Of a stretch of DNA of 64,000 nt, positions 28,385 to 37,024 are shown one piece after another. Made by a program: the position numbers and the translations under genes. Below the pieces are notes generated by a model. It ran no database searches. It saw only the letters and a list, made by a program, of their open reading frames with translations, and was not told where the DNA came from. Numbering within the stretch: position 1 is the first letter of the stretch; each line of letters opens with the position of its first letter. This DNA is from Candidatus Hodarchaeota archaeon (GTDB lineage Archaea; Asgardarchaeota; Heimdallarchaeia; Hodarchaeales; Hodarchaeaceae), in assembly GCA_016839815.1 (NCBI GenBank), contig JAEOTM010000032.1, forward strand, positions 66,879 to 130,878. Direction: 5' to 3'.

Positions 28385-28560
28385 ATTATTTTCATCCTTA
28401 AGTGTTTGATTAAGTGTTTCTTTGTTATTACCATTATTTGTAGTGAATAGTTCCAAAATCTTTGAATCTTTGGCTAGGAATTCCGAACTAAGGATGGTTT
28501 GAGGTTTCAAACCACCGTTTGGATTGTTAAGAGTGGTTATGTGCGTTGAAACTATTCAAT
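28385..28560 (-). ncRNA. Putative structured cis-regulatory 5' leader of the tusA-dsrE-sqr operon
   Basis: 13-bp closing helix (28546-28558 with 28444-28456), alternative internal hairpins and an anti-SD octamer. Starts about 25 nt downstream of the TATA box. Confidence 0.5.
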
Positions 28561-28568
28561 GTACAGCT

Positions 28569-28598
28569 TTGCCAATGAGTTTATAAATCAATTGGCGA
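28569..28598 (-). promoter_or_regulatory. TATA box (TTTATAAA, 28580-28587) inside an inverted repeat GCCAAT...ATTGGC
   Basis: Read directly from the sequence; likely promoter plus operator. Confidence 0.55.
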
Positions 28599-28799
28599 AG
28601 TGGACACAAAGGCATCTATTGCCGTAATTTCTCTATTTCTTAACTATAGAAGAGATTTTTTGTAATAAATTACTCTATATACTGGAAAATGGGAAAAAAG
28701 AGGGATTAAGTCTAATTTAATTTTTACTCCATGCAAAAAAAATTACCCCGTAGATACCTCTGATGGTATCTTTAAGTTGATTAGACTTCTTTTTCAATC

Positions 28800-28817
28800 A
28801 TTGACCAATTGGTCAAT
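28800..28817. promoter_or_regulatory. Perfect 18-bp palindrome ATTGACCAATTGGTCAAT (putative operator)
   Basis: Exactly self-complementary; lies in a divergent intergenic region. Confidence 0.55.
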
Positions 28818-29178
28818 TAGCCTCTACTTCAAATTAAAATTCTCTTTTTGGTAAAACAATGATAAAACTCGAAAAATTATTTCCTTCTGGATATTTTCCT
28901 TCCTATTTAAAATTAAACTCTAACTATTCAATAAAAAGGCTGTATCATATCCTTTAGGGAAATTCTTGAGATTGGATTCAATAATTTGTTCTGAAATTTC
29001 CTTTCGATCTCTTCACGTTTTGGTGTTGAAAATTTTTGATATTTATAACCATATACTCACTGTTGTCAGAATATTGAGAGGTCAGAGATATAAACCTTTA
29101 TCTAATCTGGTATACAGAGAGCTAGAATAATTCCTCAATGAAGATCATCATTAATCAAAAGCCTGTGAGGGGTTTAAT

Positions 29179-31446
29179 ATGACCAAGGAACTAAAATCAC
29201 TTTTAATTTTGTTTGTTTTAATTCTTCTACTACCAAACATAAGGTATACATCTGAAAAAAACCAATTAAAAATCATTCAAACTGATCTTTCCTCAAGAAT
29301 TGCAGAAAATGTCTTATATAATACAACACTTACAGTTACAGCTCCATTAGGATATTCTATGCTTGAATCCACTCCAATTATACTTAATTTATCCCTTTTA
29401 GCAAGTGCTCTCCCACCATCTGTTGATCCATTTGGATTAGATACCCCTGATTCTTCTGATGATATTAAGTGGAATGCTGCATTTGTCACCTATGAGGATT
29501 CACTAATTCCATCTCAAGTAGATGATGTAGATACTATCCCTGGATATTCAGAAAAAGATGAATTATTATTTGCATTACCAGATTCAGTAAACCTAGCTAG
29601 TGGAGAAAGTAGTTCGTTTTCCATCTATTTCAGTCAAAAAGATCTCAATCTACCTCCCCCATATTTTCCAGAAGTCTGTAGTATCACTCCTTATTCAAAA
29701 CTCGAAGAAATTGATGACCTCTGGCCTGAACTAATCGACCCTGATGATGGTGCCTACTATATTGGTAATGAAATCGTTCAAGGAGCCGTTTTAAGATCCG
29801 CTGCATGGTCATCAGGAGCTATTTATGAATTATCTTTGCTAGATGACCAAGGAGAGTCACGATTTGATATCATAAAGGAGAAATTCCCTTTCCCATCAGA
29901 AATTTGGAAATGGTCACGATTTGCTCGAATTGAAGAGTTTACCTCACAAAATCAGTATGCAACTCACCCTTATCCAGGTAAACTGATCAATCTAATACCT
30001 GGCCCGATTCGCGCCCGAATTACGGTACAAAGTACTCAACCTTATACATTTAATAAATACGGAGAACCTGGAGACCAACTAGATATTTATGGGGTTTATA
30101 CTTACAGTGTCTATGCCAATCAAACCTACTTCGATTATTCAATAGATATTACGGGTTCTGAAGCAAACACTTCATCTGTGCTTCCTCTTGAGTATCAAAA
30201 CCGGGAGTGGGGTGGTGGTAGACCCGGTACATATTATAAAGGTATCTATGTTCCTGGATATACTGAAGATGAAGGTTATGGTGAAGGATGGGTTATGCGA
30301 GCGCCAGAGGATATTGATATGCATAGTATCGACACAAGCGATTTCTCCTCCCCATGGTATCTCGAAGCGTTATTAGAGGGAACAACAATCACTCCTTCCT
30401 CCTGGGAACAACCAGATGATGATAAGCTTGGTTATGGCTTTATTTTTGAAGATAGAGGTTTCAATAATATCTCCTGGAGTGCCTCAACTGAAGGAGTAAA
30501 GAACTTATATCATGGTGCTCAATTCCCATTGAAAACAAGATATCATCCATTCGATGCTGATGTTCTTGGTGGCCAAGACAAAATTGCCTTCATGGAAGAC
30601 AGATATGATGAATTTATTAAACCACGGCCCACTCTTACTTTTAGTAGCTCTATTATTTCAGTGGCGGAGTTACCCTTTGACTCTCTCCTCATAAGTACAC
30701 CAAAAGCCTCCCTCGACTTTGATAATCATCTCTTAGATGTTGAAAACATTACCGCGTTTGCTACCGACGTGGCAGAATTTGTTAGTGATGCTAATGCTAC
30801 TAAAGCCGCTTATCAGTTACTTCATTTTGATAATAACTCTGAAACGGGAATTACGGGGAATTTATCCTGGAATAATATTTCACAAACGTGGGAGGTAGAA
30901 AATATCGATGTATCTTCTCTAAATCTTCACAATTCTTTTGTAGTAGTTGTTGAAATGGAAACTTCCACTTTAAGTGCAAAAAGTCCTCCTTCAGACTGTA
31001 TTAGTGTTGGTGAAGATATATACCCGCCAACCATAACGGCAATAGTTCAGAATCCTTCTGAAAACATTCGTTATACAGATCCTGTAGAAATCACTTGTCA
31101 GGTTTCAGATGAAAGTGGAATTTCAAAGGTAATTTTACGCTACCATAATGACAGTTGGATTGATGTTCCTATGGTTCTAGAAGCAGGGAAGTTCATTGGA
31201 TCTATCCCTCCCCATTCAGGTGGAACAATGATTGAATATGAAATAAAGGCACTAGATAATTCTGATCGAGAAAATTCGGTTAGTACCGTTACTTTTAACT
31301 ATACCGTTGAAACAGATGTGGAATCCTCGACTACTAGATCATCCGTCCCAACTTCTACTGTAGATACCAAGATATCTTCTGGATTCACCTTTATTGGAGT
31401 CCTAATTTTAATCTGTGTCGGTTTAAGTTGGAAAAAGAGAAGGTAA
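29179..31446 (+). CDS. Secreted, C-terminally anchored surface protein (DUF4861-like N-terminal region, Ig-like domains)
   Basis: Signal peptide; PSQVDD.D...DELLF and GPIRA motifs; Ser/Thr linker, SGF, TM helix, KKRR. Confidence 0.75.
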   Translation: MTKELKSLLILFVLILLLPNIRYTSEKNQLKIIQTDLSSRIAENVLYNTTLTVTAPLGYSMLESTPIILNLSLLASALPPSVDPFGLDTPDSSDDIKWNAAFVTYEDSLIPSQVDDVDTIPGYSEKDELLFALPDSVNLASGESSSFSIYFSQKDLNLPPPYFPEVCSITPYSKLEEIDDLWPELIDPDDGAYYIGNEIVQGAVLRSAAWSSGAIYELSLLDDQGESRFDIIKEKFPFPSEIWKWSRFARIEEFTSQNQYATHPYPGKLINLIPGPIRARITVQSTQPYTFNKYGEPGDQLDIYGVYTYSVYANQTYFDYSIDITGSEANTSSVLPLEYQNREWGGGRPGTYYKGIYVPGYTEDEGYGEGWVMRAPEDIDMHSIDTSDFSSPWYLEALLEGTTITPSSWEQPDDDKLGYGFIFEDRGFNNISWSASTEGVKNLYHGAQFPLKTRYHPFDADVLGGQDKIAFMEDRYDEFIKPRPTLTFSSSIISVAELPFDSLLISTPKASLDFDNHLLDVENITAFATDVAEFVSDANATKAAYQLLHFDNNSETGITGNLSWNNISQTWEVENIDVSSLNLHNSFVVVVEMETSTLSAKSPPSDCISVGEDIYPPTITAIVQNPSENIRYTDPVEITCQVSDESGISKVILRYHNDSWIDVPMVLEAGKFIGSIPPHSGGTMIEYEIKALDNSDRENSVSTVTFNYTVETDVESSTTRSSVPTSTVDTKISSGFTFIGVLILICVGLSWKKRR

Positions 31447-31544
31447 AAGTAGGTAATTGATGCTTCCTTTTCGGGAATCTATTACTACTATTCTCATCAC
31501 CTTTTCTTCTCTTCCAAGATCAATTTTTTATTAATTAACTGTAA

Positions 31545-32711
31545 TCATGAGATAATTGAATCTTCAAGAGCCTTTGTAATGCATTGAAGACCTGCAGAGA
31601 GCTCTTGATTGCTAGGGTAGCCAAAACCAATACGCATAAACCGTTTATCGACTTCAAACCAATGACCTGGGGCTACGAATGTTTTGTATTTCTCCTTCAA
31701 GAGAAAATAGAATTTTTCGATGTCTACATCTAGATCCATTTCAATTCTCGGAAAACAGATACATCCTCCTTGGGGTTCTATCCACTCTAGATACGGATTT
31801 CTGTCAATCCAGTCTTTCAAACTTTCGAAATTTGCTCTTACATGTCCCTGAATATTTTTCAAGAAGTGCTGCTTCTTATTTACATAAAAATGAGTTGCAA
31901 TCGCTTCATCAATTATCGAATTACAGATAAAAATCAGTTCTTTTGCAGCTAGAAATCTCTCCATCAATCTTTCATTTTGAGTTATCAACCAACCTGATCT
32001 GATTCCTGGTAATCCATATGCCTTGGAAAACGATGAAACACTTATAACATTCGAACTCAGGGAGGCAGCTATTGATGGAGGGTTTTTTGTCATATCTCTA
32101 TAGGTCTCATCTAATATCAATGTACATCCGTTGAATTCCGCTAGAGCAACAACCTCATTGAGCTCCTTTTCCGTTAAAATTGTCCCTGTTGGATTTTGTG
32201 GATAAGTAAGACTGATTACTTTCGTATTTGGTTTTATTAATTGTTCTAGTTTTTCTAGATCGAGTTTGAATTTATCCTCATATACTAATCTTAAATAGTC
32301 AATTTGGCACCGAATGGCCCTTGGTGTCTCGATATTAGCCACATAATTAGGATGAAGAAGTACTGCATGATCGTTTGGCTTTAGGAGTGAAGTAGCAACA
32401 ATAAATAGGGCTCCAGCGGCTCCTGTAGTAATTAACACATTATCCGATTTGAAGCTCTCTCCTTCTTCAGCAATAGATTGCCTTAATTGATGATTCCCTA
32501 AATGATCACCGTAAGAAAGTGTTATATTCTTTAAATCTAATTCTAAGTCTCCATAAACTACATCTGGGACAGAACTTTCGGCTAGATTATGGTGAATATT
32601 TTCATACCCATACTCTTCTGGGGATTCCTTTTCTATTGGAGTTCTTCGATAAGCTAGGTGCCCTTCTCGGTTTTCATCGTCTTTATTATGTAAGATATTT
32701 TTATTTTTCAT
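31545..32711 (-). CDS. PLP-dependent aminotransferase class I/II
   Basis: PQNPTG, DETY and SFSKAYGLPGIRSGW motifs. Confidence 0.95.
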   Translation of the reverse strand: MKNKNILHNKDDENREGHLAYRRTPIEKESPEEYGYENIHHNLAESSVPDVVYGDLELDLKNITLSYGDHLGNHQLRQSIAEEGESFKSDNVLITTGAAGALFIVATSLLKPNDHAVLLHPNYVANIETPRAIRCQIDYLRLVYEDKFKLDLEKLEQLIKPNTKVISLTYPQNPTGTILTEKELNEVVALAEFNGCTLILDETYRDMTKNPPSIAASLSSNVISVSSFSKAYGLPGIRSGWLITQNERLMERFLAAKELIFICNSIIDEAIATHFYVNKKQHFLKNIQGHVRANFESLKDWIDRNPYLEWIEPQGGCICFPRIEMDLDVDIEKFYFLLKEKYKTFVAPGHWFEVDKRFMRIGFGYPSNQELSAGLQCITKALEDSIIS

Positions 32712-32816
32712 ATTCTCTTCACCCTTATTATCTTAAACTCCAAAACTTAACGGATTCTAATCTTCATTTGACTCTTTCAATGGAGATAATCAGAATTAAG
32801 ATCCTTATACTGATAG

Positions 32817-33908
32817 TTAATGCTGTTCTTCTTCCTGTTTTTGTTTTAATTTCTTCTTAATGAGCTCTAGCGAGACAAAATTCTGATTAATGTTAAATGA
32901 CATGGCAGGAGATAGATATGTATTCTTAATAGCTTCGATACAAGCGTGAAAATTTTGAGTATACTTCTCTTGCCATCTAATATGATCTTCTACGGTTCTA
33001 AACGTGCTTGTGACAAAATAATTATATCTTCCTAAATTTGCTTTAACTAGAAGAGGAACACGAGGATCTCGTCTGATAAAATTCGCTACCTCAAGACATC
33101 GCTTTTTAATTTCAAATAACGAGAATATTAGCATGCACCCAGGAGGGACAATGGTTAAAGGGAATCGAGAGGTGGGTTTTCCAATTGTTCCAGCTTCTAA
33201 AAGGCTTTGTATCTGTCTGGAAATCGTATTCCTATTAACATCCAGTGTTCGCGCTAAGAAATTCTCATTTGTTCGAATACAATTACCATTTAGAATGAGG
33301 CGTAAGATCCTGATTGTCAGAGAATCTAATTCGAAATCACCTATCGAATTTATGATTCCTTGTTTATACCCACGTTCGATATTTCTGAATGGAGCAAAGG
33401 TGTCGTATTTTAAAATTCGCTTAGTGCTTAAATATAGGACATCAGGAGGGTGTCTATCCTCTTCTTTGATAATCTTTCCGCTATCTAATGCTTCATCACT
33501 CCATATTTGATAGGAGTAAAGATCTTCATGAAATTGAATTGTCACCGTGTTGTATACTTCTTCCTGGAAGACATAAGCAGCAAAAATATGCGGATCATTC
33601 TCAATAAAGGTACGAGTAGTCTGATCCCGGTAGAATTTATCCTTTGAAATCACTAATAACGGATACTCAGAAAAAAGCCACTCTAATGGGTAGACTGGTT
33701 TTTCGATTATCTTATTTTCCAATAGATGATCTAGTCTATCTTTAATTGTGTTTCTATGTTTATTGAGTTTATTTGCTAACGCACTGACATTGAAATCTAC
33801 TCCTTCCCCTGAACATAACAGTAGTAGCAATTTTAGAGTAGACTCTCTCTTCAAAAGGCTTTTCATGGACCTCGTGAGTGAGAAGATATTACCTCTTAAT
33901 AACCTCAT
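32817..33908 (-). CDS. Tandem (double) Lrp/AsnC-like regulator
   Basis: Two HTH+RAM repeats (LANKLNKHRNTI...IIEKP and LARTLDVNRNTI...TIGKP). Confidence 0.8.
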   Translation of the reverse strand: MRLLRGNIFSLTRSMKSLLKRESTLKLLLLLCSGEGVDFNVSALANKLNKHRNTIKDRLDHLLENKIIEKPVYPLEWLFSEYPLLVISKDKFYRDQTTRTFIENDPHIFAAYVFQEEVYNTVTIQFHEDLYSYQIWSDEALDSGKIIKEEDRHPPDVLYLSTKRILKYDTFAPFRNIERGYKQGIINSIGDFELDSLTIRILRLILNGNCIRTNENFLARTLDVNRNTISRQIQSLLEAGTIGKPTSRFPLTIVPPGCMLIFSLFEIKKRCLEVANFIRRDPRVPLLVKANLGRYNYFVTSTFRTVEDHIRWQEKYTQNFHACIEAIKNTYLSPAMSFNINQNFVSLELIKKKLKQKQEEEQH

Positions 33909-33993
33909 TGAGTTCTCAATCTATTTTTGGTAGACTTAGCTGATATTAAACCTAATGAACAATGTGTCAAACTTAAAGGTAGATATCACCATT

Positions 33994-34131
33994 CTAAAAA
34001 GATTTAGATGCTTCTTCTTCTTTGGGATTGGATGGAAAACAGATATGAAAGCAGGTACAATAGTTGCAATTTGGGTAAAAGTCAGCGCAAATTTTTCCTA
34101 TGTGTTCATTTAATTCTGTATGTGTACTCAT
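33994..34131 (-). CDS. Unannotated 45-aa microprotein with an EndoIII/MutY-type C-x6-C-x2-C-x5-C motif
   Basis: Translated by hand: MSTHTELNEHIGKICADFYPNCNYCTCFHICFPSNPKEEEASKSF. SD AAGGAAGGT; TATA at 34246-34253. Confidence 0.65.
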   Translation of the reverse strand: MSTHTELNEHIGKICADFYPNCNYCTCFHICFPSNPKEEEASKSF

Positions 34132-34531
34132 TTTTTTCAAACCTTCCTTTAGTCTTTTTTTTTTGTTGTGCTGTTTAAATTCTTAATGTAGGTGTTTAGA
34201 TTGTTTATTGACTTCTATTAGTCAAATAAATTCTACAGATAAGAATTTATAAAATGAGTGTACATAAAATGCGCTATTTAGTGAGAAATAGATAGATTAT
34301 GTTATAATAAATCAAATACTCTCCATAACTTCAGTAATTCTTAATGTACAATATTATTGTCTAGCTATCTAGCAATTTTTCAGCTGCATTATCAACTGCT
34401 AATTTTCAAAAATAAACATGTTTGATATTTCATGCACGTTTTTTTAGCAGAGAACTTTATCGATTTCAAGCATTATCTATTCTTTAATCAGGATTGGTTT
34501 ATAGAAAAAAAAATGAAAGAACCCTGAAAAC

Positions 34532-34690
34532 CTATGTTTGAAGGTTTTCCAGCGATTCTCTGAGGCATTGTAACTTTTCAATAATATTATCAAGACATTC
34601 TTTAGAATGTTCGACCGTTTCAGCATGGGACATCTCCTTGTGATGCTTTTTCCCATGGTTACCGCATTTACAATCTTTTTTATCAGACAT
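34532..34690 (-). CDS. Unannotated 52-aa Cys/His-rich microprotein with C-terminal amphipathic helix
   Basis: Translated by hand: MSDKKDCKCGNHGKKHHKEMSHAETVEHSKECLDNIIEKLQCLRESLENLQT. SD AAGGTGA; T-tract after the stop. Confidence 0.75.
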   Translation of the reverse strand: MSDKKDCKCGNHGKKHHKEMSHAETVEHSKECLDNIIEKLQCLRESLENLQT

Positions 34691-34776
34691 ACTAGATTTT
34701 CACCTTTACTTTAGATACTGGTTTACTCCATAAAATAAAGTTTATAAGTTACAAACTAAGGAGTAACTTAGTTGCT

Positions 34777-35172
34777 TTGAAGGGAAGTAGTGTGCAGAAA
34801 TCGAAAGAAATTCTCCAAGAATGCTTTCAAGTTGAGATCAATGGTGTCTGTTTAAAGCCGCTGATTAAATATACCGAGTTACTCAGTCGTAAATGGATGC
34901 TATTCACATTGATGCTCTTTCCAGAATCTAACCCTTTGAGATATTCTGAAATTCGCAATCGTTTAAATGGACTCAGCAAGGTCAAGATTAGTGATACAAC
35001 AATGTCTCAGCGTCTGAACGAATTGACTGAAAATAAAATTCTAACGAGAGAAGACTTCCAAGAGATTCCTCCGAGAGTAGAATATCAACTAACAACAAGA
35101 GGCAAAGAATTAAAAATGAGCTTACAACCTTTCATCCAGTGGTCCTTGGATATGTGTCATCAAGAAAACTAG
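34777..35172 (+). CDS. HxlR/DUF24 family wHTH regulator
   Basis: SRKW.L, LRYSEI and QEIPPRVEY.LT..G motifs; N-terminal Cys residues. Confidence 0.92.
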   Translation: MKGSSVQKSKEILQECFQVEINGVCLKPLIKYTELLSRKWMLFTLMLFPESNPLRYSEIRNRLNGLSKVKISDTTMSQRLNELTENKILTREDFQEIPPRVEYQLTTRGKELKMSLQPFIQWSLDMCHQEN

Positions 35173-35320
35173 TGAATGAGGATTAGTATCTCCAATCATC
35201 GAGTTAAAACTTCTTTCTTTTCCCATGGAATCGAACTAAAGCAGCAAAGAAAAAGCTTGATAGTAAGATTATGAAAAGATCATAGCCAGGAGAGGTAACA
35301 GAGGGAGTTGTTTAACTATT

Positions 35321-36253
35321 TTATTTCCGTAGCGGTTCGTTGAATATATCAAAACGGCTATAATGACCCGAATAGTCGAAATTCTGTCGTTCTTCAATAA
35401 CTGCGCGAAAATCAATGTCGGCGTAAAGTATTTCTTCCTTTCCTACCACTGGTTTGGTTACATACTTCCCCCCTGGATTTGAAATACAGGATCCTCCATT
35501 TTGCCATAATTTCTCCTTTTTGTTATCTAAATCCAATACAGATTTAATGGGAAAATCCTCTTCAGAAAGGTGAGTAACATCATCTGTTCTAATAAGACCA
35601 GATACTGATAGAACCCAATAACGACCCTCTTTAGCAATAAATCTAGTAATGTCACTTGTTACATGACTATTTCCTGGCCAGACAGCTATGTGAAGCATCT
35701 CATTTTGCTTATGAAGAGCAGCCCGAGCGTATGGAATCCAATTTTCCCAACAATTCAACCCTCCAATTTGGTATCCTTGGAATGGAACGGTTTTCAGACC
35801 TAAACCGTCGCCATCAGCCCATACAAGTCTTTCAGCATATGTAGGCTTTAATTTTCGATGTCGATTAATTAATTCACCGTTTTCATCTATTGTAATAAGA
35901 GTAGCATGTATTGATCCACTCGATTTTTCTGCTATCCCACCCATCATCATAATTTTTAATTCTCGAGCTAGATCTTTCATTTCAGTAAGAATCGAGCTAG
36001 AATTCAAATCAAGGGCTTCTTGCCAATAAGTGCTAAAGGCCCTTTTTTGATCAGCGTTATCCCAACTGGCAGCTCCTGATGCTCCCAACCAAAATGGGTA
36101 GCCTGGAATCAGCGATTCTCCCCATGAAACTAAGTTAGATCCTTTATCATGAGCTTCTCTAATGAATTCTGATAATTTCACCCACGTTTTTTGACTGTCT
36201 AAAAACACTGGGGCTATTTGAATCCCTGCAACTAAAACCATTTTCTTAACCAC
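35321..36253 (-). CDS. Nitrilase (carbon-nitrogen hydrolase)
   Basis: GE..IPGYP, HRKLKPT..ER and NCWEN give the E-K-C triad; GHYSR present. Confidence 0.95.
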   Translation of the reverse strand: MVKKMVLVAGIQIAPVFLDSQKTWVKLSEFIREAHDKGSNLVSWGESLIPGYPFWLGASGAASWDNADQKRAFSTYWQEALDLNSSSILTEMKDLARELKIMMMGGIAEKSSGSIHATLITIDENGELINRHRKLKPTYAERLVWADGDGLGLKTVPFQGYQIGGLNCWENWIPYARAALHKQNEMLHIAVWPGNSHVTSDITRFIAKEGRYWVLSVSGLIRTDDVTHLSEEDFPIKSVLDLDNKKEKLWQNGGSCISNPGGKYVTKPVVGKEEILYADIDFRAVIEERQNFDYSGHYSRFDIFNEPLRK

Positions 36254-36457
36254 TTTTTATCTGAATAAATACCCCAGAAAATCCTTTTACTATTAAACTC
36301 TTTTGAGCGATCTTCAGAAGGATACTAGTAGAGAGCCTAGAGGTTAAATAAGTGGACTTATGCGAGATTCATAACTTTGAGGATATTAATTCTTTAGTAG
36401 AGAGCCCCAGTATACAATATTTCAACTAAAATACAAGCTAAAAATGTGAGATATAAA

Positions 36458-36958
36458 ATGGAACAACAAACCAAACAAGAACGTCTTCTCAAGACCATTG
36501 ATACTTTGAGAAATTACGGACAACGATTAACTGATGGATTAACTACTGAAATGTTTAATTGGTCTCCTAAAGATTCGAAAGGAAAACCAATTCTTGAAAT
36601 CTTCCGTCACATCTTAGAGGGTGAGATATACTGGTTGGATCATATTGGCCACAAAGCACCTGTAACTCTAGATCAACTAGCTTCACTGGATTCATCAGAA
36701 TTACTAGAACTGTATTCTTCAATGCAGTCTTTTCTAAGAACCTTAGTACATAAGTCTGAAGACGAAGATTTCATTCCTCGCGAGCCAAAAGATGGAGCTA
36801 CACTCGCATGGGTTGTCTGGCATACATCGTTTCATACAATTCATCATTTAGCGCAAGTAGGCTATCTTCGCTATGCAAATGAGTTTCCTCCTGACTCAGA
36901 CGCTGTGAATACTTCCTGGGACAACACGATGGATTCTTTAATCAGTTTAGGAATGTAA
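36458..36958 (+). CDS. DinB/YfiT family protein
   Basis: HI..GE.YW and H...HT.HH.AQ motifs. Confidence 0.85.
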   Translation: MEQQTKQERLLKTIDTLRNYGQRLTDGLTTEMFNWSPKDSKGKPILEIFRHILEGEIYWLDHIGHKAPVTLDQLASLDSSELLELYSSMQSFLRTLVHKSEDEDFIPREPKDGATLAWVVWHTSFHTIHHLAQVGYLRYANEFPPDSDAVNTSWDNTMDSLISLGM

Positions 36959-37024
36959 ATTTATGAGAAATTAGTGTGTTCAGAGCTCACGAATAAAAAG
37001 AAACCTTTATCTCAGGTTCTCTTC

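Noticed and set aside
28385-28510. 42-aa N-terminal extension of TusA in the ORF track
   Set aside because: The TusA domain begins at ATG 28384 with its own SD-like site; the extension overlaps the structured leader.
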